Shown one piece after another: positions 36,776 through 44,971 of a DNA stretch of 64,000 nt. Below the pieces are notes generated by a model. It saw only the letters and a program-made list of their open reading frames with translations. It did not search any database and was not told where the DNA came from. The first letter of the stretch is position 1, and each line of letters begins with the position of its first letter. Source of the stretch: Escherichia phage EC.P2; sequence record PQ631072.1. One strand, 5' to 3'. The position numbers and the translations under genes were made by a program.

Positions 36776-36789
36776 AAAGGAGTAGTAAA

Positions 36790-38760
36790 GTGATTTTAAC
36801 ACGTCCAAATAGTGCCATTGCAGACATGGTAGAGTCTCGCTATAGAAAGCGTAGAAGTTTTGCAAGTGGTTTTACCTTAAGAGATGCTCGTGAAGCATTG
36901 CTCTTTGAAGCTGACGGTAACTACTATCAGTGGAAAGGTTCTCTACCTAAAGTTGTACCTGCTAACTCTACTCCTACATCCACTGGAGGGATTTCAGATA
37001 CAGCTTGGAAAAATGTGGGTAATGCAGATGACATTGCTCAAATAGAATCAGAATTAGATGCTATTGAAGCTGAAATTGAAGATCTTAGAGAATCCATCCC
37101 AGAAGCTGGTAAATCAGCTTACCAGATTGCCGTAGACAATGGTTTCCAAGGTACTGAGACACAGTGGTTGGCTTCTTTAAAAGGTGATCCAGGCGCTCCA
37201 TTAAAGCTATTAGGGACACTATCTAATACCAACCAATTACCTACAAGTGGAAACAATGCAGGGGATGCATGGATTGTAGGCGAGAATATGTATGCTTGGG
37301 ATGGTACTGCTTGGAGAAAAGTAAACTCACAGGGGCCAGAAGGTAAGTCTGCTTATGAAGTATGGCTTGCAGCAGGAAACCAAGGTACAGAACTAGACTA
37401 TCTTGCTTCAATTAAAGGTGATAAAGGGGAGCCTGGCCCAGAGGGGCCACAAGGTGTGCCAGGTAACAATGCTAATGGTTTTGATTACCAAGGCGCAGCT
37501 AATTCCGTTTCAGATCTTCCTTCTGCATCTCATGGAAACACATCTCAAGCATGGAGTGTTGGTACATATCTATACGTGTCAAACGGTGTAGAATGGATCA
37601 ATATGGGCGCTATAGTGGGGCCAAAAGGAGATAAAGGCGACAAAGGAGATAAGGGTAACACTGGTGATTCAGCTTATCAAGTCTGGTTAAATGCTGGTAA
37701 CGTTGGTACTATTGACGAATATATTGCCTCTCTGAAAGGAGAAAAAGGTGATAAGGGAGACAAGGGTGATCAAGGTGCACAGGGTATACAAGGCTTGACG
37801 GGGCCAACTGGTGCAGGGTTGACCATTATTGACATTCTGACTAGCACTTCTGAACTGCCACAAACTGGGGAAGATGGTGATGGTTATCTGATCAATAGTG
37901 AACTTTGGGTCTGGTTGCAAGGAGCCACAGAGTGGACAAATGTTGGTCGTTTAGCTGGTACTCCAATCACTGCAAAAGGACACGTTGCGTCTGCAAGTGC
38001 GCTTCCTCCTACAGCCAATTACGGTGATGCTTATCTGACGGAAGATACAGGTCATCTTTACATTTACACCTATAATGAACAAACTCAAACTGCTGAATAT
38101 GTAGATATGGGTAGTTTGAAAGGTGATAAGGGTGAAAAAGGTGAGAAAGGTGACGCTGGTACTAACGGTACAGACGGTGCAACTTGGATTGTTAAAACAA
38201 CAGATCCAATCTCTAGTGATGGTAAACAAGGTGATTATGCCTTTAATATCTCCACTGGCGAGGTGTTCTTAAAAACATCTGCAACTGTCTGGACTTCTCA
38301 AGGTACACTACCTAGTATCACAGATGCACCTAGTGATGGTAAGACTTATGCTCGTAAAGATGGGGCATGGGAAGAACTCACTAATTCTGTAGATGGTCAA
38401 GATATAGTTCCAACAAAAGTAACAACTAATTTTATAGAGGTTACAGCATATACCAACAATTCTGTTACAGGGGACTGGACACCTCCAGGAACACATAACA
38501 TGAATGTGTTGAATCTTACTGGTAACGCTACTATAAAAGCATGGCCTGGTGTCGAAGATAGTACAAAACCTAAACCATTCTCTGCAATAGTTTATCTTAT
38601 CCAAGATGCCACTGGAGGTCGTACTGTTACTTTAGATCCATCTTACAAAGTAATTGGTTCCAGTGATATTAATACAGATCCTAACGGAGTAACAATACTA
38701 CAACTAACATATTGTGGTGTTGGCGATTACGTGGATGCTATTGTTGCTAAACGCACATAA
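36790..38760 (+). CDS. collagen-like repeat tail fibre protein
   Basis: Multiple Gly-X-Y tracts (GDKGEPGPEGPQGVPG, GPKGDKGDKGDKGNTGD and others) and three tandem SAY...GTE...LAS(L/I)KG(D/E) modules. Confidence 0.65.
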   Translation: MILTRPNSAIADMVESRYRKRRSFASGFTLRDAREALLFEADGNYYQWKGSLPKVVPANSTPTSTGGISDTAWKNVGNADDIAQIESELDAIEAEIEDLRESIPEAGKSAYQIAVDNGFQGTETQWLASLKGDPGAPLKLLGTLSNTNQLPTSGNNAGDAWIVGENMYAWDGTAWRKVNSQGPEGKSAYEVWLAAGNQGTELDYLASIKGDKGEPGPEGPQGVPGNNANGFDYQGAANSVSDLPSASHGNTSQAWSVGTYLYVSNGVEWINMGAIVGPKGDKGDKGDKGNTGDSAYQVWLNAGNVGTIDEYIASLKGEKGDKGDKGDQGAQGIQGLTGPTGAGLTIIDILTSTSELPQTGEDGDGYLINSELWVWLQGATEWTNVGRLAGTPITAKGHVASASALPPTANYGDAYLTEDTGHLYIYTYNEQTQTAEYVDMGSLKGDKGEKGEKGDAGTNGTDGATWIVKTTDPISSDGKQGDYAFNISTGEVFLKTSATVWTSQGTLPSITDAPSDGKTYARKDGAWEELTNSVDGQDIVPTKVTTNFIEVTAYTNNSVTGDWTPPGTHNMNVLNLTGNATIKAWPGVEDSTKPKPFSAIVYLIQDATGGRTVTLDPSYKVIGSSDINTDPNGVTILQLTYCGVGDYVDAIVAKRT

Positions 38761-38763
38761 TCA

Positions 38764-38788
38764 AAGCCCCTTCGGGGGCTTATTATTT
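38764..38788 (+). terminator. rho-independent terminator (TTCG loop)
   Basis: AAGCCCC-TTCG-GGGGCTT hairpin followed by T-rich tract; same 18-mer in minus sense at 60865-60882. Confidence 0.6.
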
Positions 38789-38799
38789 AAGGAGATTAA

Positions 38800-41619
38800 A
38801 TGTATCCTATTCCTTTATTTATGTCAACAACATCAGCTTCAGTAGTAACAGCTACATCTATAACCACTTCCTCTATTGGTATTGCAATAGTTGGTAGTAA
38901 AAAGCAACTGACATACACAGTTTCACCGGAAGATGGTGCGTTATTTGATATAGCTTTTTCATCTTCAGATAATACCAAAATGGTTATAGATAATAACGGT
39001 ATGATGGAGTTTGTTGCTGAAGGCGGTTTTGATGCAATAATGACAGCTAAAAATAATTTAGGTGCTGTCTTAACTGATCAATCTGGTGGCTATGCTTCAG
39101 AATTAAGTGTGTACACTGAAAGTCTGTCTGCTATGGATGCAGGAACTACTCAACAATTGGTTGCTACAATCAGTCCAGAAGGTGCTAAAGACCTTCCAGA
39201 CATGGTAATTACGTACACCACAACAGATCCAGAAGTAGCTACTGTAAGCCCTACAGGATTAATAACTGCTCTTAAAGATGGCAGTTGCCGTATAGGTTGT
39301 ACTGCAACTTATCAAGGAACAGTGGTGGCCTCTGATAGTTCTTATTTAGGTGTTAATGCTATTCCTGTTATTTCTAATGTAACAGCCGTGGCAAACAGCT
39401 ATGGAGACATTCGTGTTGCTTGGGATGTAGCTGATCCGCTAGATGGTGATACTTATACTGTAGAAGTATTAGATTTAAGTAATAACAGTGTCCAGTGGAC
39501 TACAACAACCACGAATACTTACGCCTACTTTGATATCTCTGACTCTATTCCTCTTTATGGGTTTGCTCCAACATACCTTAAAATTAGCGTTAAGAGCACC
39601 AAAGCAGCAGCCGTTATCTTTAATAACTCAATAGCTACAGATGATTCATTCATTAAAGAAGTTATTGTCTTTGCTGGACAAGATAACGTAAATGCACACT
39701 TTACAGAACTATCTGGTGCAAATAAAGCAGCAATGAGTAGCACAACAACCCGTAACGCATATGCTACGCAACGTGGTTTAGCAAATGCTGAAGTTCTTCC
39801 GTTAAATACAGCTTCTGGATCATCAGCAGCAGATAAATATGCTGACGATAAAGCTGGAACAGGTACACCAGACAACTACTGGTATGATCTGGATAACACA
39901 GCAGATGGGCCATGCTTAACTAATTTTATCACTAAAGTCACACCTTATGCAAGTAAGGTTAAAGCAATTATTTGGGGACAAGGTGAAAATGATGCTGTAT
40001 CAGCATCTTCAACTGTTGCAGGTAGGTACAGTAACACTACACGTTACCATGATGCTACGATAGCCATCTTTGATAAGATGCGTACAATAGTTCCTGCTTC
40101 TCAAGCAAAAATTGTTTGGCAGATCCTAGGACGTTCTTATCTATATGGTGTAGAAGTTAATGGTGTAGATTGGCAGAAATACAGAAATGTACAAAGAACC
40201 ATCTCTACAGCACGTGACGATGTTATCATTGGTTCTTGGGTAGATGGTGCTGAACGTTACAGTGGCTATGCTTATGAAGAAGGTATTGATGGTCGTATCC
40301 ATTATATTTCTTCTGTATACCAGACAGCAGCTACAAAACTTGCTAAATCAGCAGCAGACGGTACAGACCTAACATCAACGTCACCTGTTTGGGTTGATAT
40401 GGCTGTTCCAACTGGAGCAACAGCTACTTCCCAGTCTAATCAAGATACAATTTTAGCATGGGATGCTCAAGGTTATAGTAAACACTACTTCCGTAATATT
40501 AACGTCTTAACAGCATCTGTATTAACTGAACAAACGCTTAATACGAACAGTTATACGTTTACCTATGCAGATCAAGTAGAACAATATGGTTTTGCAGCAG
40601 GTACTACGATATTTGATGTTGCATATTATGACGAAGCAAATGATGTGTTATCTCCTTTAGTACGTTTTAATGTTAGCGTTACAGCAGGAAAAGTAGAAGA
40701 TAAACCTGTCGTGATGGACTATGATTTGACACAAGAAACTCTTCCATCAGATGTTAAGGTTAATGGTGGGAACTCTTTTGCTCGTGCTTCTGGAGATACA
40801 CTTGTAGCCACTAACACCTTGGTTGCTCCGTTGGAGTATGTTGGCACTACCCCTGTAGGTAGACGTGTAACAGCTAACACAGCTACACAAATTTTTGTCA
40901 ACAACGCCTTAACAAGCGCAAGCCCGTGGGTAAAGACCAACTTAACTGTTGCATCTTCATCTGATAAATCTCCGGCTGGAACTACTGCTAATGTATTCAA
41001 ATTAACTCCGACTACAACTTCTGGTAGTCATATCTTAACTGCAACATATACTAACGCGTACAACATATCTGCCGGACGTAACTGGTCTGCCTCTGTTTTC
41101 TTGAAAGCGAACGGGATTACTAAGGCCAAACTAAGATTAAAAGCAGGGACTGAAGTTAATGAAGGTACTTTTGATTTAGCAGCAGGTACATTCACAGGAA
41201 GTGAAGCTAATATTATATCTATGGGCAACGGTTGGTATCGTGCTATTCTGCATAAAACAGGAATAGCCAAACAGTCCTCCATAAGTTTTGAAATAATTGC
41301 CTTGGATGCAACTGGTGCGGAGATTTTCGCTGGAGATGGTACTAGTAACCTTGCAGTTTGGTTGCCACAGCTTGAAGGTGCTTCTACAGGAGAAACATCA
41401 AAAGCTGGATCGCCTTATGTCTGCACATATCCTGGAAATTTAGGAGGAGTATCCTTCACTATACCAAGGAACGGACATACTGGTGTGGATGTTTACTATT
41501 CCAACGGAGACGTTGTTCGTGACGTATTCTCTGGTACGGCATCTACTTGGACAATAAACTACTCCAGCTTGTACGATTGGGGATCAGTCTTTATTACAGG
41601 TTTGAAATATTACGACTAA
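38800..41619 (+). CDS. tail fibre protein with Ig-like domains and SGNH/sialate-O-acetylesterase-like domain
   Basis: N-terminal Big_2-like repeats; FAGQDNVN and IWGQGENDA motifs about 110 aa apart resemble the GQSN / W-QGE-D esterase signature. Confidence 0.5.
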   Translation: MYPIPLFMSTTSASVVTATSITTSSIGIAIVGSKKQLTYTVSPEDGALFDIAFSSSDNTKMVIDNNGMMEFVAEGGFDAIMTAKNNLGAVLTDQSGGYASELSVYTESLSAMDAGTTQQLVATISPEGAKDLPDMVITYTTTDPEVATVSPTGLITALKDGSCRIGCTATYQGTVVASDSSYLGVNAIPVISNVTAVANSYGDIRVAWDVADPLDGDTYTVEVLDLSNNSVQWTTTTTNTYAYFDISDSIPLYGFAPTYLKISVKSTKAAAVIFNNSIATDDSFIKEVIVFAGQDNVNAHFTELSGANKAAMSSTTTRNAYATQRGLANAEVLPLNTASGSSAADKYADDKAGTGTPDNYWYDLDNTADGPCLTNFITKVTPYASKVKAIIWGQGENDAVSASSTVAGRYSNTTRYHDATIAIFDKMRTIVPASQAKIVWQILGRSYLYGVEVNGVDWQKYRNVQRTISTARDDVIIGSWVDGAERYSGYAYEEGIDGRIHYISSVYQTAATKLAKSAADGTDLTSTSPVWVDMAVPTGATATSQSNQDTILAWDAQGYSKHYFRNINVLTASVLTEQTLNTNSYTFTYADQVEQYGFAAGTTIFDVAYYDEANDVLSPLVRFNVSVTAGKVEDKPVVMDYDLTQETLPSDVKVNGGNSFARASGDTLVATNTLVAPLEYVGTTPVGRRVTANTATQIFVNNALTSASPWVKTNLTVASSSDKSPAGTTANVFKLTPTTTSGSHILTATYTNAYNISAGRNWSASVFLKANGITKAKLRLKAGTEVNEGTFDLAAGTFTGSEANIISMGNGWYRAILHKTGIAKQSSISFEIIALDATGAEIFAGDGTSNLAVWLPQLEGASTGETSKAGSPYVCTYPGNLGGVSFTIPRNGHTGVDVYYSNGDVVRDVFSGTASTWTINYSSLYDWGSVFITGLKYYD

Positions 41620-41623
41620 TAAA

Positions 41624-41652
41624 AAAGGAGCCATTAGGCTCCTTTTCTTTTA
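41624..41652. terminator. bidirectional rho-independent terminator at convergence of plus and minus transcription
   Basis: 9-bp hairpin AAAGGAGCC-ATTA-GGCTCCTTT flanked by A-run upstream and T-run downstream. Confidence 0.7.
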
Positions 41653-41654
41653 TC

Positions 41655-42086
41655 TTAATCAGTGAAAATTACGCTTACATCTTCTTTAGAAAAGAGTTTA
41701 TGATTTTCACCTTTTGTCTCAAGAGTTTCATACAGGTTAAGAAGTTCTGAAACATCTTTCTCTACTAGTTTCTTCAATGTTGCAATTTTCTGTTTGCGAT
41801 TCTTAATACGTTCAGCTACAACCTTACGTTGGTATCCGGCAGTACGATAACCTGAGAAAGTTACACCAGTGAGACTTGCAGTTACAGGATCGTAGTGACG
41901 TTCAATCTGAAATTTATTAAAAGGTACAGCGTCATCACGAATAATCTTACCGCCATTACTTACTTGACGAAGACCAGTAACTTGTTCCAGTCGTGCCATA
42001 GAAATCTTTGGAGACAGACCAGAGTCCAGGTTCATACCGTTGTTAATCAGTGCTTTCAGGGTGATTTTGCTGTTCAGTGTACTCAT
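41655..42086 (-). CDS. hypothetical protein (143 aa)
   Basis: Start at 42086 has GGAGGA RBS; overlaps 3' end of methyltransferase gene by 44 nt. Confidence 0.45.
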   Translation of the reverse strand: MSTLNSKITLKALINNGMNLDSGLSPKISMARLEQVTGLRQVSNGGKIIRDDAVPFNKFQIERHYDPVTASLTGVTFSGYRTAGYQRKVVAERIKNRKQKIATLKKLVEKDVSELLNLYETLETKGENHKLFSKEDVSVIFTD

Positions 42087-42774
42087 TTAGTCGTTCCTCC
42101 GCTTGTTTAAAAATATTTACATCGGCTTCACAGCCTAAGTATTCTCTACCTGTTAAAAGTGCCGCAACTTGTGTTGTTGCACTTCCAGAGAAGAAGTCTA
42201 AGACTACATCTTCTTCGTTGGTATGTATATTAATAAGGTCACAAAACAAAGTCAAGTGTTTTTGTGTTGGATGAAAACGATCTGCTCCTTGATAGATAGG
42301 ATACTCAAACACACCCTTATGATAGGAAGCATTGAAGGTTGGCTTCGAACCTTTAACACAGACAATAGCCATCTCTTTAGCGTTACTAAGGTAGTTAACA
42401 CCACTGTTGATGGGTACAGGGTTTGTTTTAATCCATTCAATAGTACGGAACATACGAAAACCAAGCGGTTCAAGGATTTCACGTAGCTCCTGGATCTTCC
42501 AGATATCATACCAAACTATGCAAGTACCACCTTTTCTAAGCACCCTATAGGCTTCTTTGAATACTTCTTTAAAGTAAGGAATATCTACAACATCCCAGTC
42601 ACCAAAGTTGTAAGATACACGGAATCTATCTGTATCTTTTCCAGTAGGCTCTCCAGATTGAAAATTTGTGTCACGAGAAATAGCATAGGGTGGGTCAGTA
42701 AGAATCAAATCTACACTATTGCTTTCGAGGGTTTGCAGGTAGTTTAATGCGGTGTTGTTTACAAATTCGCTCAT
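42043..42774 (-). CDS. DNA methyltransferase, beta-class (N6-adenine or N4-cytosine)
   Basis: Motif IV DPPY near N-terminus (LILTDPPYA) followed by motif I FFSGSATT near C-terminus; AAGGAG RBS. Confidence 0.85.
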   Translation of the reverse strand: MSEFVNNTALNYLQTLESNSVDLILTDPPYAISRDTNFQSGEPTGKDTDRFRVSYNFGDWDVVDIPYFKEVFKEAYRVLRKGGTCIVWYDIWKIQELREILEPLGFRMFRTIEWIKTNPVPINSGVNYLSNAKEMAIVCVKGSKPTFNASYHKGVFEYPIYQGADRFHPTQKHLTLFCDLINIHTNEEDVVLDFFSGSATTQVAALLTGREYLGCEADVNIFKQAEERLNEYTEQQNHPESTD

Positions 42775-42791
42775 TATATCTCCTTCAAAGA

Positions 42792-42811
42792 AAAGGAGCC
42801 GTTAGGCTCCT
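42792..42811 (-). terminator. hairpin terminator; near-copy of the 41624 hairpin
   Basis: AAGGAGCC-GTTA-GGCTCCTT; in minus sense followed by TTCTTTG. Confidence 0.5.
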
Positions 42812-42834
42812 TATATTCACACAATATTTAATTA

Positions 42835-43782
42835 TTAGAAACAGTGCAGGAAGTTTCGACCATATTGCAAACCAATAGGCGCAAATGGGATATCATCATC
42901 GAAATCTTGAACAACAGGTTCTGGTTCTTTCGGTGCTGGCTCTTTCTTCTCTACTTTTTTAGTTTCTTTCTTAACTTCTTGTACTGGAGTAGACATTCCA
43001 CGGATAGCAGCAGCTACTTTATCAGACAAAGCAAGAACTTCACGAGCAGCTTCAATAATCTCTTCTGCCGTTACAGTTTTACCTGTATGATCACGACAAG
43101 CGTTAAGAATTGCGTGTCCAACTGAAGCACCAAGATCATAATCAGTCACATCAACGCCACGATCTTTAGCAATTTCAGCTTTCAGAGTAACAGTTGCAGA
43201 TTGTACCACACCAGCCAAGTCGAAAGCATCACCTTTCACACCAGCACGTAGAAGCTCCAGAGCGCCGTTTACAGCGTGTCCTGTTTCAATCCCTACGGTA
43301 TCACGTTTTTTGTAGTTAGGCTTGCTACCGTCATTATTAGAGGGCTTATTTCCACCTTTTGAAGAGGATTGTGCTTGCTGAACACCTTCTGTTGAAAGAA
43401 TAGTGATTTTACCTTTAGAGGAGTTGTAGTATGTTTTGCCATTCCATTCAGAAGGTTTAACATCCATAGTTAGTTCTACACCTTTTTCGATAGTAACCCA
43501 CTTATCACCATCTTTAACTTGCAGGTTTTCATGTTCTGGGTGCAGTTTAACTTCACCTAGGCTAACCCAAACACCTTTATCATCAGCACCAGCACCTTTC
43601 TCTTTAATAAGCAGAGATGCTTTGTGAGTTGATTCAATTTTCTTATCTGGCTGACCTGCAACCTTAATATAAGAGACTTTCATTTCATCAAACTTATCTA
43701 GTTTGACATATTCGACAATACCTTCAGCCCAGAATGCTTCTTTTTTAGTACGACGGTCGATTTCAGAATTAATTACTGGCAT
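42835..43782 (-). CDS. DNA-binding protein with SSB-type acidic motif (DFDDDIPF) near C-terminus
   Basis: Motif VQDFDDDIPF matches the canonical SSB tail tip but is followed by 15 more residues; Gly/Asn/Ser-rich linker upstream. Confidence 0.45.
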   Translation of the reverse strand: MPVINSEIDRRTKKEAFWAEGIVEYVKLDKFDEMKVSYIKVAGQPDKKIESTHKASLLIKEKGAGADDKGVWVSLGEVKLHPEHENLQVKDGDKWVTIEKGVELTMDVKPSEWNGKTYYNSSKGKITILSTEGVQQAQSSSKGGNKPSNNDGSKPNYKKRDTVGIETGHAVNGALELLRAGVKGDAFDLAGVVQSATVTLKAEIAKDRGVDVTDYDLGASVGHAILNACRDHTGKTVTAEEIIEAAREVLALSDKVAAAIRGMSTPVQEVKKETKKVEKKEPAPKEPEPVVQDFDDDIPFAPIGLQYGRNFLHCF

Positions 43783-43798
43783 AAATTCTCCTCTATAA

Positions 43799-44197
43799 TT
43801 ACATTACTTTAACACAAAACTCTCGTAAAAGAGTAGCGTCAGTTTCTTCCAACAGGTATTTACCAAGACCAATACCAAATCCTATTTCACCACTTTCAAA
43901 ATGGAGAATTTGTATCTTTTCTCCACCAAGATTAATTACTTTTGCTTTTCCAGGATTATCCAAAACATCTCGTATTGTGTCCTGTAGTAGCATTAGTTCA
44001 CGTTTTGTGATAGTGGTTTCAGATATCTCTTTGTCTTCTACCCGCACTGTTAAACGGTTGTATCCACCAAAGAGACATAGTATTTGAATAAAAAAGGTAT
44101 TATCTTGAGGTTCAACATCTTTTTTAGTTAGTTCAAGACGATTAGTTTCTCTACTATAGAACGTCTCGACTAAGATTTTAGAACGATTGTCTATCAT
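43799..44197 (-). CDS. hypothetical protein (132 aa)
   Basis: ATG with GAGGA RBS. Confidence 0.45.
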   Translation of the reverse strand: MIDNRSKILVETFYSRETNRLELTKKDVEPQDNTFFIQILCLFGGYNRLTVRVEDKEISETTITKRELMLLQDTIRDVLDNPGKAKVINLGGEKIQILHFESGEIGFGIGLGKYLLEETDATLLREFCVKVM

Positions 44198-44240
44198 TCA
44201 AGTCCTCATAATAACACATAATTGTAAGGTTTGTCAACAC

Positions 44241-44834
44241 TTAAATCTTAAATTCTTCGTTGTTAAATGAATCCAGTGTACGTACTTCTGGTTCTTTGGG
44301 AATGAAAACGTCTTTTACAAAGCGGAACATAGGGAAACGTTCTGCCATTTTACGGACGTGTGCTTCTTTACCTGTGTATCGGTGATTAATAGTGCAAATA
44401 TTAGTTTTCAATGCAAATTCAAAATCTGGATGATATACATAATTTTGACCATCCCAGTAACACAGGCAAATAGCTACGTCAAAGTTCCATACGATTTCAC
44501 TGCGTACACCTTCTTCCATGATCATAAAGTTAAACTTAAGGTCTTTATAGTATGCTTCAAATACCCATTTCAAATGTGGTAGTTCGGCATAAGTGTGTTC
44601 TGTTTGCTTAGTAAGTTGTTTAACATTACGTGCACCAACACCCAACATCAAAAACTTCTCTACTAGCACGAGTGTATTGTGGTTAGGCATACGCAAGTAA
44701 ATGTCAATATCTTGTGCAGGTTTCTCTAATCGCCAATCACGTACAGCGCCGCCAGCTACAATTGCAAACGGATCTACCAGTTGGCACATACGTAATACTT
44801 CTAAAGCGCGTACTTTTTGATCTTCAATATTCAT
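44241..44834 (-). CDS. nucleotidyltransferase (Pol-beta superfamily; CCA-adding/poly(A) polymerase head-domain-like)
   Basis: N-terminal motif VAGGAVRD....DIDIYL matches the GGxVRD...DxD signature of tRNA nucleotidyltransferase heads. Confidence 0.5.
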   Translation of the reverse strand: MNIEDQKVRALEVLRMCQLVDPFAIVAGGAVRDWRLEKPAQDIDIYLRMPNHNTLVLVEKFLMLGVGARNVKQLTKQTEHTYAELPHLKWVFEAYYKDLKFNFMIMEEGVRSEIVWNFDVAICLCYWDGQNYVYHPDFEFALKTNICTINHRYTGKEAHVRKMAERFPMFRFVKDVFIPKEPEVRTLDSFNNEEFKI

Positions 44835-44971
44835 ATTTTCTCCTATCTCTTATGGTCTTTGCGTTATTCTAGATGTTCAAACATCTAATTATGAAATGGT
44901 TTAAAAGTGTGGAACAACCTTGGCAATAATAGATTGTCCCACATAAAAACTCCTTTAAAATCAAAGGGATG

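Noticed and set aside
4392-41619. Numerous short alternative-frame and antisense ORFs inside large genes (for example 5710-6003, 5939-6154, 9278-9520, 24065-24388, 35346-35585, 37951-38229, 39555-39875)
   Set aside because: They are nested within long, well-supported coding regions and lack start signals; treated as chance ORFs.
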